Assembly: GCA_963765205.1 (NCBI GenBank)
Contig: CAVXVB010000009.1
Span: 768,001 to 832,000 of the forward strand
DNA from: an uncultured Verrucomicrobiae bacterium
Lineage (GTDB): Bacteria > Verrucomicrobiota > Verrucomicrobiia > Opitutales > JABDGR01
Length of the DNA stretch: 64,000 nt
Reading direction: 5' to 3'
A program made the position numbers and the translations under genes. Positions 41,376 through 51,373 of the stretch are shown in pieces. The first letter of the stretch is position 1, and the number at the start of each line of letters is the position of its first letter. The notes under the pieces were generated by a model. The model saw only the letters and a program-made list of their open reading frames with translations, was not told where the DNA came from and did not search any database.

Positions 41376-43685
41376 ATGCCAAAACATGGAAAACGGCGTA
41401 TTGCTGTCGATGCCGACATCCGCGTGCTGAAAGCAAAGGCTCTCGCACAGCTCACCAAGCACGCGCTTTGCCCGGGGTTAGTTCAAGTGGGACCAAGTAG
41501 TCAGATTGACGTGGAAGTAGGGAAACCATTCCAATTGCCCTTTCAACATGCAGTAGATCTTCAGGAACTAGCTATGTGTGAAAAGTGGGAAGAATTGCGC
41601 AAAAAGTCCCCGCTCGCTGAATTTTTCTTGCACAAAAATCCATATCACAGACTGCATTGTCACCTGCACGACGATGGTCATTTTATTCGTTTGCAAAAAA
41701 GTCTTGGACTTCACATGGGGCTGTTCGCATTGGTTGATCCTAGTGACGAAAACAATTTGCGATATTTGTATGGGCGGCAAAATAAATCCGGTGACAAGGA
41801 TAAAATTCCACCACATTTTTACCTTCCGTCGCTCAAGGTCTCTCTCGACGGCTCCACCCCGAAATTCGTCATCGAGTCGCCACGTGAATTTGATAAGCAA
41901 TCCGTGGCGCTCTACAGCGCGCAGTCGCGTGGGTCGTGGCGCAATCTCACTTTCGTCTCGATCCTGAATTCAGATTTCGATGGGCTGGCCACAGCGCGAC
42001 GTACAGAGTTTGAAAAGGATCACGGAGTCATTTATGCGCCAAGCGGCGAGGTTGACTCCTGCGTGTTGTGCTGGTTGTTGCTTCATTTGGATAAGGACTT
42101 GCGGATTAAGCTGGACGCCGTATTGGCTGGCAAGGGAGCAGACCCAGGCAATTTCCCTTTTGAAATTAAGCAGGAAGAGACTGGCCTGTCTGAGGAAACC
42201 GACATCTGGAGGCGTGATGAAGAAAAACCGCTCGTTGAATGGCTATATGTTTTGGGATTGACCAAAAATGGGAAAAAGCGGCCATCCAAGGATTGCTATC
42301 GCCCCACCGAGCGAGGGCGGGAGATGGTGAAATGGCTCGGCCTGTATCTTCAAAGCAAGCCAGGCGCGGTGTATTTTCTGGGTGAGAAAGAAAACAAATT
42401 TCATTGCATTATTGGAGAAAACAGAGATGACATTTGGCTCTTTAAGACTCCAAGGAAGCTTCAAGACGAGTTTTTGTCCGCCGCGACGCGCGATCCCGGC
42501 TCGGCAGCCGCGCTTATCGCCGCAGTGCGCTTGCTCTTGAATTGGACTGAACCTGCAAAAGACCCCCAGGGCGCGCCGGCGATTTTTCAGTCACGGTGCC
42601 GCATGACGCTCTACGGGCATTTGGTGCTCCGTGCCAACCCGGGATCAACTGAAAAGCCCGAGCAAACCGCCCGCGGCTGGCTGGTTTTCCCGGTTTGCAC
42701 GGATGCCTCGCCAAAAGGATCCCGCTATCCCTATGAATACGTCGGGTTTTTTCTCGGCACTATCCGCGACAATGACGCTTGGTCAAGCGAGCCAGGCGAA
42801 CACGGGCGCGCGGAGGTTCTCGATGCTCGCATTGCACATATCCGTGACATCATCACGCCATTGGCAAGTGTGGAAATACGCGAAATCTATTTTCGCGAAA
42901 TGTATCGCCGTCACGTGGAAAACGCGGCGAGGGGGGATTCCCTTAGTAAGATTACGAGTGCTTTCATGCACGAAATGAAAGGGGACTTAGCAAAGATGAT
43001 ATCTTTTACCGGAACCGACGACTGGTCGACCCTGCGCGACGGCGTCAAAGCAATTAGCGAATCCGGAGAGAACCGCACCAACCGACTGTCAGTTCACGTC
43101 GAGCGTATGGAAGAGATGGACAAAGGGTTTCGTGAAGCGCCAAACACGCTGAAATCCCTCAGTGGTCGCGTCAACGGATTTTATATCCTCCAGCGCTTTC
43201 TCTCTGGACAAGATCCGATCGGTTCTAAGGAAGCAATTGCTCTAAATGTCATTCTACAGACAACTCTCGAGAATTATTTGCGGGAACCTGTCACCCGTTA
43301 CCAATTAGCTGACGAATCGTCACCCGGCTGGAATGCCAAGTTTTTGACCTGGCCGATGCTTATTGAATCCGCCTTGTCAGTTTTGCTTCGCAATGCTTTT
43401 CAGCATTCCCATAAAAATTCAAAAGTATGCTTCTTTGTCGAGTCTCAAGGCGATTCGCTTGTGCTATCCTGGAGGAACGAAGCATCCGCTGAACGAGCGC
43501 GCAATGCCGTTCAACGCCTTGCAGAGAAAACACACGGTGGAACCTTGTTCATGAAGGAAATAGCAAAAAAACTCTTTGCCTCTGAGCTAAAGTTGGAAAT
43601 GAACCGCACATTTGTCCGCACTGAATTAAGCATAAAACGCAATACGCAGCGCACCAACGATGTGTTCTGCGAAATGAAACCTTAA
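41376..43685 (+). CDS. Large cytoplasmic protein with a C-terminal degenerate histidine-kinase-like module
   Basis: H-box-like SAFMHEMK, N-box-like ALSVLLRNAFQHS, reduced G-box THGGTLF; central wHTH-like YRPTERGREMV; no TM segment. Confidence 0.6.
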   Translation: MPKHGKRRIAVDADIRVLKAKALAQLTKHALCPGLVQVGPSSQIDVEVGKPFQLPFQHAVDLQELAMCEKWEELRKKSPLAEFFLHKNPYHRLHCHLHDDGHFIRLQKSLGLHMGLFALVDPSDENNLRYLYGRQNKSGDKDKIPPHFYLPSLKVSLDGSTPKFVIESPREFDKQSVALYSAQSRGSWRNLTFVSILNSDFDGLATARRTEFEKDHGVIYAPSGEVDSCVLCWLLLHLDKDLRIKLDAVLAGKGADPGNFPFEIKQEETGLSEETDIWRRDEEKPLVEWLYVLGLTKNGKKRPSKDCYRPTERGREMVKWLGLYLQSKPGAVYFLGEKENKFHCIIGENRDDIWLFKTPRKLQDEFLSAATRDPGSAAALIAAVRLLLNWTEPAKDPQGAPAIFQSRCRMTLYGHLVLRANPGSTEKPEQTARGWLVFPVCTDASPKGSRYPYEYVGFFLGTIRDNDAWSSEPGEHGRAEVLDARIAHIRDIITPLASVEIREIYFREMYRRHVENAARGDSLSKITSAFMHEMKGDLAKMISFTGTDDWSTLRDGVKAISESGENRTNRLSVHVERMEEMDKGFREAPNTLKSLSGRVNGFYILQRFLSGQDPIGSKEAIALNVILQTTLENYLREPVTRYQLADESSPGWNAKFLTWPMLIESALSVLLRNAFQHSHKNSKVCFFVESQGDSLVLSWRNEASAERARNAVQRLAEKTHGGTLFMKEIAKKLFASELKLEMNRTFVRTELSIKRNTQRTNDVFCEMKP

Positions 43686-43698
43686 GCGCTCCAAACTC

Positions 43699-46278
43699 AT
43701 GAGTAAAAAAATCACAATTGCCATTTTGGATGACGAGCCTGAATCGGCGCGAGTTAAGCTCGCCCCCCTGCGGCAATATGCGACCAAGGTAATCGACATA
43801 ACAGATACCCAAAGCTGGGAAGCGACCCAGGAAGACGACAATTACGGTGTCGCCTTCAAGTTTTTACGCCCAGCCCACATACTTGATCCGGGGTTTCATC
43901 CGTCACCCAACACTGTTTTTTTGGTTGACGTGAATTGGAATACCCGGTCGGCAGATTTTGAGGAGCTTGCTGGAAAAATGCAGCTCGATGTTTATGGTTT
44001 GGAATTGTTTCAAGAGTTGTACCTTGAATATGAAAATGGACAAAGAGATTTCGCCATTTTTCTTTGCTCTTACCATCCCTCAGCTCAGGCAGCGATGACG
44101 GACCACATTTTTAAACTGCGTGAAGTTATAGACCATCCCGAAAGTCAAAATAAATGGCAGCGCGACCTCCTCGGCTATCTTTCGGATGACGAACTCCGCC
44201 AACAACATTCTTCTGTGCAGAGCAAGGTCGGGCGTGCCCTTTTGCAGATGGTGTGGCGCATTCTTGAGAAGGATTCTGCAAGCGTGCGAAAAGCCTGCAG
44301 AGCGCTACCCAAATGGGAAAATAATGAAACCCTCGACGCACAGTATTTGCTCGGCGACACTGACGCCAATTGCAACTTGGAGGTGGGCGGCTACCGCCTT
44401 GGCGACCTGTCCAAAATCGTGACCGTCTATGCAGGGGCGCTGCACGACTTATGCCGGAGTCTTGGAGATAATAATCCGCGCACCAAACTGCACAAAACGG
44501 AACGAGATGATATTGTGGCAACTTGGCGCAAGACGATCAAGGGCGATTTGCTAGAGGTTGCCGAGATCGACCTTCAGAGGGGGGGCGCGAGCGATCCTAA
44601 AACAGCAATGCTGACGCTGCTGCGCTACGGGCTGCCTGGCACCGCAGAGGCCCGGAACCCAGATTTCTTGGATGCAGAAGGCATCAGCTTTGTGGATGGC
44701 TACCTTTTTTACGAAGATAACTATAGCTACTGCCCGACAGGTGGGCGGGCCACAAGAATTACAGACCCTCTCTTGCTTGATATCAGCGGTAAGAAGGGGG
44801 CGCCCGCGTCCTTGTTTAATGGCATCTTCGCCACTGAGATCAATAAGCTTGGAACGGGCTGCCCTAAATGGGCATCATCTCTTGCAAATAGAGACAACTT
44901 TTCAGTACAGCGAAATAAAGAAGGAAGCCTCAATGCAAAAATTCGCGCTTGTTGTGGGAAAAGGAAAATCGGGAAATCCAAAGCAGGAAGCGCCGACGCA
45001 TATGGCGTAACGCATCGTTTCCTGCGCATCGAGGAAAAGCCGGGTTTCGAAGTGAAATGTGTTCATATCGAGGCGGCGAGGGTCGCCCGCAAAGTCGACG
45101 CCAAGAAAAAAATCACCAATGCTGACTGGGATGAAGTTTATCGGGCGTGGAATGACGACAAGGGCCATCTCGAGCCGCTCGCCTTGTTCGCCAAAAGGGG
45201 TCGCAATTATATGAATGGTTTAGTTCCCGAAAATAAGAAACCCCTCAAGCGGGCCTTCGAAATGTGGGGTACGCGCCTTACTGATGTGGCAAACGTAATA
45301 ATGAAGCAGGGTATAATCATATTTCATAATTTTTTAAAGCAGAATGGTTGTAGCAAAAAAAGCATTTTAGATCTCCTTAAGAAAGTGAAATCACCTCAAC
45401 AGCTTTGTACGGCAATAAGCGCAATAATGGCCTCTGCGGCCGATAGGGAAAAGGGGGTAACCAAAAAGGAAGAAAACCTTGCCCTGGAGTGGACGAATCT
45501 GGCTTTACCACGTGTTGATAAGTTTAGGGAACTGGGAGAAACCTTTTTTGACGCTGCCAAGAACTTAGGGGAAGCCGATGATGCCGAACCCCCGTTTGAT
45601 TCTAAAATGCTTGCTGCGATGGCCAATCGTCATGCCTATCGGACCCTTGCTGGAAATGCCAAGCAGACTGCAACTGATATGGAGCATCAATCGGATCAGC
45701 AGCAGCTATTCAGTCAACTTGCTGAAATGCGCCTTTTTTTAAAAAATGTTAGTATTCCAAAGTTAATTAATGATACAATAGAAATTGTAAGGCCAAAGGT
45801 CAAAGAGGCTGAAAAAACATCAGGCCACAAATGGTCAAGCGATATGCAAAAACGCCAAATCCAAAGCCGTTGCATCCATGATTTGAGCGGCCACTTGCGA
45901 TCCGTCGCGACCGGTGCCACGCAAGTTAAGTCTTCCATTGTCTATGATGAGGGCAAAACTAGCGAAACTCCCGATCCAAACATCATATCAGCGCCACAAC
46001 CTGAAGGCGGGGTGTCGGAGACGAATCAAGTGGTAGGAAGTGATTTTCAGTCATTCGAAAATCGTCTTAAAAAAGCAGTAACACTAAATCAAAACTGTTC
46101 TGATAGCCTGGCTGATATTTTAGCGGAACTTGCAGATGATGATGAATTTAAGGATGTCATTGGCCAAAAACGATTTACCGAAAAAGATATCGTTCTTGTT
46201 AGCCAAAAATTGTCGGGCTTCAATGTTGCAGTTGATGTCAAACAGCTCAGAAAAGCCCTCGGCGTGAAGACAAAATAG
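43699..46278 (+). CDS. Large protein with an N-terminal receiver-like domain
   Basis: ITIAILDDE, FLVDVNW, GLELF and IFLCS follow the REC pattern; the rest is unrecognised. Confidence 0.6.
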   Translation: MSKKITIAILDDEPESARVKLAPLRQYATKVIDITDTQSWEATQEDDNYGVAFKFLRPAHILDPGFHPSPNTVFLVDVNWNTRSADFEELAGKMQLDVYGLELFQELYLEYENGQRDFAIFLCSYHPSAQAAMTDHIFKLREVIDHPESQNKWQRDLLGYLSDDELRQQHSSVQSKVGRALLQMVWRILEKDSASVRKACRALPKWENNETLDAQYLLGDTDANCNLEVGGYRLGDLSKIVTVYAGALHDLCRSLGDNNPRTKLHKTERDDIVATWRKTIKGDLLEVAEIDLQRGGASDPKTAMLTLLRYGLPGTAEARNPDFLDAEGISFVDGYLFYEDNYSYCPTGGRATRITDPLLLDISGKKGAPASLFNGIFATEINKLGTGCPKWASSLANRDNFSVQRNKEGSLNAKIRACCGKRKIGKSKAGSADAYGVTHRFLRIEEKPGFEVKCVHIEAARVARKVDAKKKITNADWDEVYRAWNDDKGHLEPLALFAKRGRNYMNGLVPENKKPLKRAFEMWGTRLTDVANVIMKQGIIIFHNFLKQNGCSKKSILDLLKKVKSPQQLCTAISAIMASAADREKGVTKKEENLALEWTNLALPRVDKFRELGETFFDAAKNLGEADDAEPPFDSKMLAAMANRHAYRTLAGNAKQTATDMEHQSDQQQLFSQLAEMRLFLKNVSIPKLINDTIEIVRPKVKEAEKTSGHKWSSDMQKRQIQSRCIHDLSGHLRSVATGATQVKSSIVYDEGKTSETPDPNIISAPQPEGGVSETNQVVGSDFQSFENRLKKAVTLNQNCSDSLADILAELADDDEFKDVIGQKRFTEKDIVLVSQKLSGFNVAVDVKQLRKALGVKTK

Positions 46279-47053
46279 CCGGTAGGGGCGGGGCGTCTGG
46301 GGCAAGCGCGCGGCGTGCCTCAATTAGGGGCGTCGGGGCGGGCGTGTGCGGATGGGCTCTATCGCACAGTGCATGAGCGGCGTGGGGTGCTGCGCGGGCG
46401 AGGCAACATCAATCGGGCCGAGCTGGCGTGTCCCACCCTCCGGGATGGAACGTTACATCAGCCGGACATTTGTTCCAGGTAACGTCTTGGCCGCCCATCC
46501 ACCATGCATCTCTGTCATCAGCTTTCCTTGTGCCGCGCCACTGCATCGGCCACGCCCCGCGTGGCGGGGGGATTCCCGCCGGTTCCCGCAAGTTGGGCGC
46601 GCTTGGACTTGCCCCTGCCGACGAGGTGGAGTGGCACTCGCCTCAAAACCACGCGCAGAACGGCTCGACGCGGTCAAATCCATAACGGATCGAATGCCGG
46701 ACAAATATCCAATGCCTATTGTTGTATGCACTCAAGACAAGCGCCAAGTGCCCCCGCCATGCACCCCGACTATTCCAGCACACAGACGGCAAGCCGTGTT
46801 GCCTCGGCCATACGCGCACAAATGTCCAACCTTTAATCAGTGAACACGCCACCGCGCGCATCACAAACAACAAAATAAAATGCAATGAACAAAATCGAAT
46901 ATACAAATTCGCGCCTAAACCAATCGCTCGGGCAATTCCCGCACCCCCGTGCGCAAGTCGCGATGCCGGGCCAGACGCTCACAAATGTCCAGCCTTAATC
47001 CAGTGGACGACGACGCTTAACAAGCAAACTTAAACCTCCAACCACCACACTCC

Positions 47054-47329
47054 ATGAACTCAATACACAACGTAAATACGCGCCAAGGCTACGCGCCCGC
47101 CTGCGGTTGCCCGCACCCGGAAAAGGGCCGTTACCACACCCAGACCTTGGCCGAACGGTCCGCCGCCTGGAGTACACTTCACACGGGCAAGCAGATCTAC
47201 ACCTACGGGTGCTCGTGCGGTTTTTATCACCTGACGAGTCGAGCGCCGGTCCGCGCCACGGTGACGTGGGATGGTGTAATCGCGGCCGGTGCCGCCGTGC
47301 TGCACCCGGCCATGGAGCTTGTGGCCTAA
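47054..47329 (+). CDS. Small Cys/His zinc-finger-like protein
   Basis: CP..EK.RY.T...A...A...Y.C.CGFYHLTS pattern, typical of small phage/MGE proteins. Confidence 0.6.
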   Translation: MNSIHNVNTRQGYAPACGCPHPEKGRYHTQTLAERSAAWSTLHTGKQIYTYGCSCGFYHLTSRAPVRATVTWDGVIAAGAAVLHPAMELVA

Positions 47330-47404
47330 ACAACGCGAGCACTCCTTCCAAACCAGGAAAATGTCCAGACTATAACCCCTCGACGACCACCCTCTAACCC
47401 TAAG

Positions 47405-48268
47405 ATGACCATGAAACCATTCACATACAGTAACCCTCAGTCCGGCTTGACCGTGCTTACTGGCGCGCTGAAGCGCCTGCCGACGGTTGCGGCGGCGACC
47501 TTGTCCGCGTTGTTCACCCTTGCGGGGTGCGCCAGCGTGCCCGCGCCGGTGGCACAGGTTGTGCCGCCACTCCCCGCGCCGCCGCCGCACCGGATTGTGC
47601 TGAAGAAGGTCAACAGCGCGATTCCCAGCGATCGCGTCCCGCTGACTGTTGACCTCGCAGTCTCTGATGCCACCTTCGCATTGTCGACGATGGCCCCGGA
47701 AGACCTGGCCGCGGCGGCAAGCCAGTTGAAGTCATTCACAGCGGAAGCACTCTACCCCGAAAGCGCCGCGACGTTGGGGTCGTTGCAAATCGAGATAGGG
47801 CTGCTGACAAATGGGAAGGAACTCATCCAACTGGGCTTAAACAACCTCAAAGCCGCCGGCGCGGGCATCCACGAGGCATTTTCCCCTCGGGAAGCCTTGG
47901 TAGCATATCTTGGCGGGATTCGCCTCGGGAAGCAGCCCAGTTTCCTTAATTCCACGCCCCTGGTTCAGGCGATTGGCGCGGATGGCTCGCAACCTGAGGC
48001 CGTGGATTATGTGCGGCTGACCAGCGGCGACGTTAAATCCGACATCGAGGCCAACCTGCAGATCGCGGCCTGGCGGTTCCTGACTGGGTATGCCGCCACC
48101 GGGCAGGCAGACGATGCCTGCCGGGCCTTCCTTGACCAAGTCGCCCTGATTCAGCTTGGCGGCGGCGAAGTTCAGGAGATTTCCCAACTTAAGCACGGCC
48201 TTCAAGGCGATTTATTCGTCGCCCTGATCGACTTGGTCGCGCCCCCTCCCGCTCATTCGCAATCCTGA
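47405..48268 (+). CDS. Hypothetical lipoprotein
   Basis: Hydrophobic stretch with lipobox LAGC, then a Pro-rich linker. Confidence 0.7.
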   Translation: MTMKPFTYSNPQSGLTVLTGALKRLPTVAAATLSALFTLAGCASVPAPVAQVVPPLPAPPPHRIVLKKVNSAIPSDRVPLTVDLAVSDATFALSTMAPEDLAAAASQLKSFTAEALYPESAATLGSLQIEIGLLTNGKELIQLGLNNLKAAGAGIHEAFSPREALVAYLGGIRLGKQPSFLNSTPLVQAIGADGSQPEAVDYVRLTSGDVKSDIEANLQIAAWRFLTGYAATGQADDACRAFLDQVALIQLGGGEVQEISQLKHGLQGDLFVALIDLVAPPPAHSQS

Positions 48269-48301
48269 ACACAGATTTAACCCTCAATCACTATCCCATC
48301 C

Positions 48302-49186
48302 ATGAAAACACTCCAATCCATCGTAACGTTCGCAGCGACAATCCTTTTGCCGTTGTCTGTGGGCGCACAGCAAAACACGCCCGACGCGACCCCACAGCCA
48401 GCCAAGGAGGCGTCAAACACCGGAGTCCTCGTGCAGGACTTTGAGGCCGCGCAGAAAACGCTCCGCGAAAACTCGGCGAGCCTAAAGGCCAGCACGACCG
48501 TCACCGAAACGACGGCGGGGTTCGCCTACCAAGCCGCGGACTCCCTTGACCACGGGGACCTGAACACGCCACTCGTCATACGGCAGCAATGGCGCAACAG
48601 CCCCGGAGGCGGGGAAACGGCCCTGCAGCAGTCAATCGTAAAGGACAAGGCGGAACTGCAGGATGCAATTGCCAGCTTCATCAAGCTCCACCAAATCCTC
48701 GCGAACAGCGATGGCGCCACCACGGGTTCCGACAACGGCAAACTGGCTGAGTTGGTCAAGGCCCTCAGCAACAACCCCAACGGTTCTGCGGGCAAACAAA
48801 GCGATTCCGTTGCGGCGGGGATCGTGCAGGAAATCAACGTTGAAGTTCAAGCCGACGACGAGTTCGTGAAAAAGTATCCAGCCGCCGCTTTGAAATTGGC
48901 CTCCGGGCAGGGGCAGAATGTTTCACCGGCCCTTGCGCGCGCCGCCCTCAAAGAAGCTGCTGAGCAGGCGAAAAGCGCTTACGCGAACCTGCACGCCAAT
49001 TCGCGCACGCTTGCCTTCTTTTCGAGCCTTGAAGATCAGGTGGTACACCTCCAGCAAGTGAAGGATGCCAATTCTCAGGCGCAGGCGGCAAAGGACCGGA
49101 ATGCGCCAGTCCAAACGGTTGGCTTTTTCGGCCCGCATCCCATGCCTCCCGCAGCCACAGCTGACACCACGGCGACTGGCAACTAA
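48302..49186 (+). CDS. Hypothetical secreted helical protein
   Basis: Sec signal MKTLQSIVTFAATILLPLSVGA; Ala/Gln-rich helical body. Confidence 0.7.
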   Translation: MKTLQSIVTFAATILLPLSVGAQQNTPDATPQPAKEASNTGVLVQDFEAAQKTLRENSASLKASTTVTETTAGFAYQAADSLDHGDLNTPLVIRQQWRNSPGGGETALQQSIVKDKAELQDAIASFIKLHQILANSDGATTGSDNGKLAELVKALSNNPNGSAGKQSDSVAAGIVQEINVEVQADDEFVKKYPAAALKLASGQGQNVSPALARAALKEAAEQAKSAYANLHANSRTLAFFSSLEDQVVHLQQVKDANSQAQAAKDRNAPVQTVGFFGPHPMPPAATADTTATGN

Positions 49187-49220
49187 CACCCATCCACCAA
49201 CCATTGGGAGGCAACAAGCC

Positions 49221-49355
49221 ATGTCCTTGGGAAACACCATCATCGCCCCCATGCTCGCCGCGCTGGCGGCGCCGGCCTGCGCTGCCCCAGCCTGGCTGGC
49301 CCGCCAGCGACCAAGGCTTGATCGGGACGATTTCGATGACGAGCCATTACCCTGA
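49221..49355 (+). CDS. Possible 44 aa peptide
   Basis: GGAGG upstream; hydrophobic N-terminal half and acidic tail. Confidence 0.35.
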   Translation: MSLGNTIIAPMLAALAAPACAAPAWLARQRPRLDRDDFDDEPLP

Positions 49356-49408
49356 GCAAGCGGACGCACCTTCATTCCTCACCCGTTACCAACCCAATCC
49401 TCACTCCC

Positions 49409-49789
49409 ATGCGCAACATACTGATCCTGCTTATCGTGATTGCCGCGTGCGTTCTGCTCGTTGCGGCCATCCACTCGCACGCTGAGAGCGCCACGCCAGC
49501 GCCCGTCTCACCGCCTCAAGAGGCGGTTAAATTAGAAGCCCTCCCGAAAGCGGCTTCCCTGGCATCCACGCCGGAGCCTGCTCCCAAGCCCGTTCCACCC
49601 CCGGCACCCTCCTTGCTGGCCCGTGTACTGGCGGGCGAGGACATTCCCGAGAATGAAGCGCAGCCCGCCGGGGCTCCCGCGTTCTCGGCAACATCTTCAA
49701 TCGACAAGCCCCAAACGACGAAAACCTATCTCGACCTCGTGCTCAACGGCGAAAGCATCCCGGAATGGGAAAAACTCACCCAACAATAG
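49409..49789 (+). CDS. Hypothetical exported protein
   Basis: Signal peptide; the motif LARVLAGEDIPE / LDLVLNGESIPE occurs twice. Confidence 0.6.
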   Translation: MRNILILLIVIAACVLLVAAIHSHAESATPAPVSPPQEAVKLEALPKAASLASTPEPAPKPVPPPAPSLLARVLAGEDIPENEAQPAGAPAFSATSSIDKPQTTKTYLDLVLNGESIPEWEKLTQQ

Positions 49790-49804
49790 TCCAATGTCAC
49801 AGTC

Positions 49805-50161
49805 ATGAACTCGAACAATTTCAACAATCAATCAGAGAATGAGGACGGACACATTTGGCGCCTTGGATACGAGGCCGTCGCGGTCCTGCTCGTGCCGGTG
49901 CTTGCGTTGATCGCGCCCGCGCCGGTCATGACAGCCATTGCCACGCCTAAACAGAATATCTCCACCATCAACCTAAACGCCACTCCACCGCCGACAAACG
50001 GACAAGGCGGCGGTGTGGCGCCGTTGAAGGCCAACTATAAAATCGTTCCCATTTCCGGTGATTTGGATCCGACGGCGCCTATCGTATTCGAACTCCCGGC
50101 CAGCGCCCCGCGGCAAATCCATGTGATTCTCAACGAGAATCAAAACCAGCAATCCAATTAA
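49805..50161 (+). CDS. Hypothetical single-pass membrane protein
   Basis: One hydrophobic segment; operonic spacing. Confidence 0.5.
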   Translation: MNSNNFNNQSENEDGHIWRLGYEAVAVLLVPVLALIAPAPVMTAIATPKQNISTINLNATPPPTNGQGGGVAPLKANYKIVPISGDLDPTAPIVFELPASAPRQIHVILNENQNQQSN

Positions 50162-50178
50162 CCTTGCCCTCCATTGCC

Positions 50179-51249
50179 ATGAAAATTCGCCATTTTCCCT
50201 GGATATTCGCCTTTGGCCTTGCCGCAGTCACGACCACCCTGGTTATGGACGGGAACGCCCTCAACACGGCCATCAGCCAAACAGACACCATTGCGAGCTC
50301 GCTGATAAAGGGCGCGCTTGAACACCCACTGTTCGGCGCCGGGATGCTTTTGGCCCTGAGCGCCTATTGTGATGGCCTACGATTGACAGCCCGTCTTGGC
50401 CTTCCACCGCATATTCATGGATTCGGCGAACTGGTCAGTGGGGCTGCCTTGCTGGTCGCCTCAACCGAGGTCGCCAACGCCAACCTGCCGGCGGCAGCGG
50501 CGTTCGCAAAACAGCTTTACGGCGCATTGGCCTTGGGCTTCTGCGTGTTGACTTTGCACGGGGGTATAAAATTTGTTCAAAGCCTCCAGCAGTTGCACAC
50601 CTTGGCGAAGAACCAAATCCCTACTAGGGAGTACCCCGGGGCCCACTGGGTGTCCCGCAAATCGGCGGCCTTGGCTATCGGTGGATTAAGCATCATTTTG
50701 GCCCTGTTTTTCATCACCCGGAAAATCGATCACGTCCATCCCGTTCAGCCATCGCTCACGCAGGCCGAGAAACAAGCCTCAAAAACGGAACATGAACCGT
50801 CAAAGCCGCTGACGGTGACAAGCGAACCCGTTTTAAACAAGCAAGTCGTCGTGTCGCAAAATGGATCAAGCCTCGGGGGCCTGCCAGGTTCTCAAGCCGG
50901 CCATTTGCCCGATGGATTGCGCGTGACCCTCGACAGTGACGGGAATGATTGGGCACCCGCATTTGCGCAACGAGTTTCTGATAGTGAATATGCGCTCGGA
51001 GACCACGTATTGACCGCCCGGGATGCGAGCATCAATTATGCGACTGCGGGCCCTTGGATCCAAAATTCCGGCAACGGCGCATATTACTGCTTCAACAAGG
51101 CGGTATTGGCGGCACTGAACGAGGCGTGCAAAGACGGCGCGCCGTCCGAGATATTTGTAGATCGGGATTCCAGCACCGGAAACGTCGTGCTCTCCATCCC
51201 CGCCCAAAGGGGGCAACCGGCCCGTAAAATCACCGTGAGTTTGCTCTGA
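50179..51249 (+). CDS. Hypothetical multi-pass membrane protein with a C-terminal soluble domain
   Basis: Several TM segments; start taken as the ATG at 50179. Confidence 0.6.
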   Translation: MKIRHFPWIFAFGLAAVTTTLVMDGNALNTAISQTDTIASSLIKGALEHPLFGAGMLLALSAYCDGLRLTARLGLPPHIHGFGELVSGAALLVASTEVANANLPAAAAFAKQLYGALALGFCVLTLHGGIKFVQSLQQLHTLAKNQIPTREYPGAHWVSRKSAALAIGGLSIILALFFITRKIDHVHPVQPSLTQAEKQASKTEHEPSKPLTVTSEPVLNKQVVVSQNGSSLGGLPGSQAGHLPDGLRVTLDSDGNDWAPAFAQRVSDSEYALGDHVLTARDASINYATAGPWIQNSGNGAYYCFNKAVLAALNEACKDGAPSEIFVDRDSSTGNVVLSIPAQRGQPARKITVSLL

Positions 51250-51373
51250 GAAAATCCGCATTAAATCCGGTAGCGCTCATAATATCGCGGTCGGTTAAAC
51301 ACAGTTTAGCGGTAACTCTGATATAGGCATCAGCAGGTTATTTCTCCATTCAAGGAGCAGTGGGCACTGCAGT

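Noticed and set aside
46346..47033. Overlapping short ORFs in the long leader
   Set aside because: Mutually overlapping and motif-free; the region is better explained as regulatory DNA.
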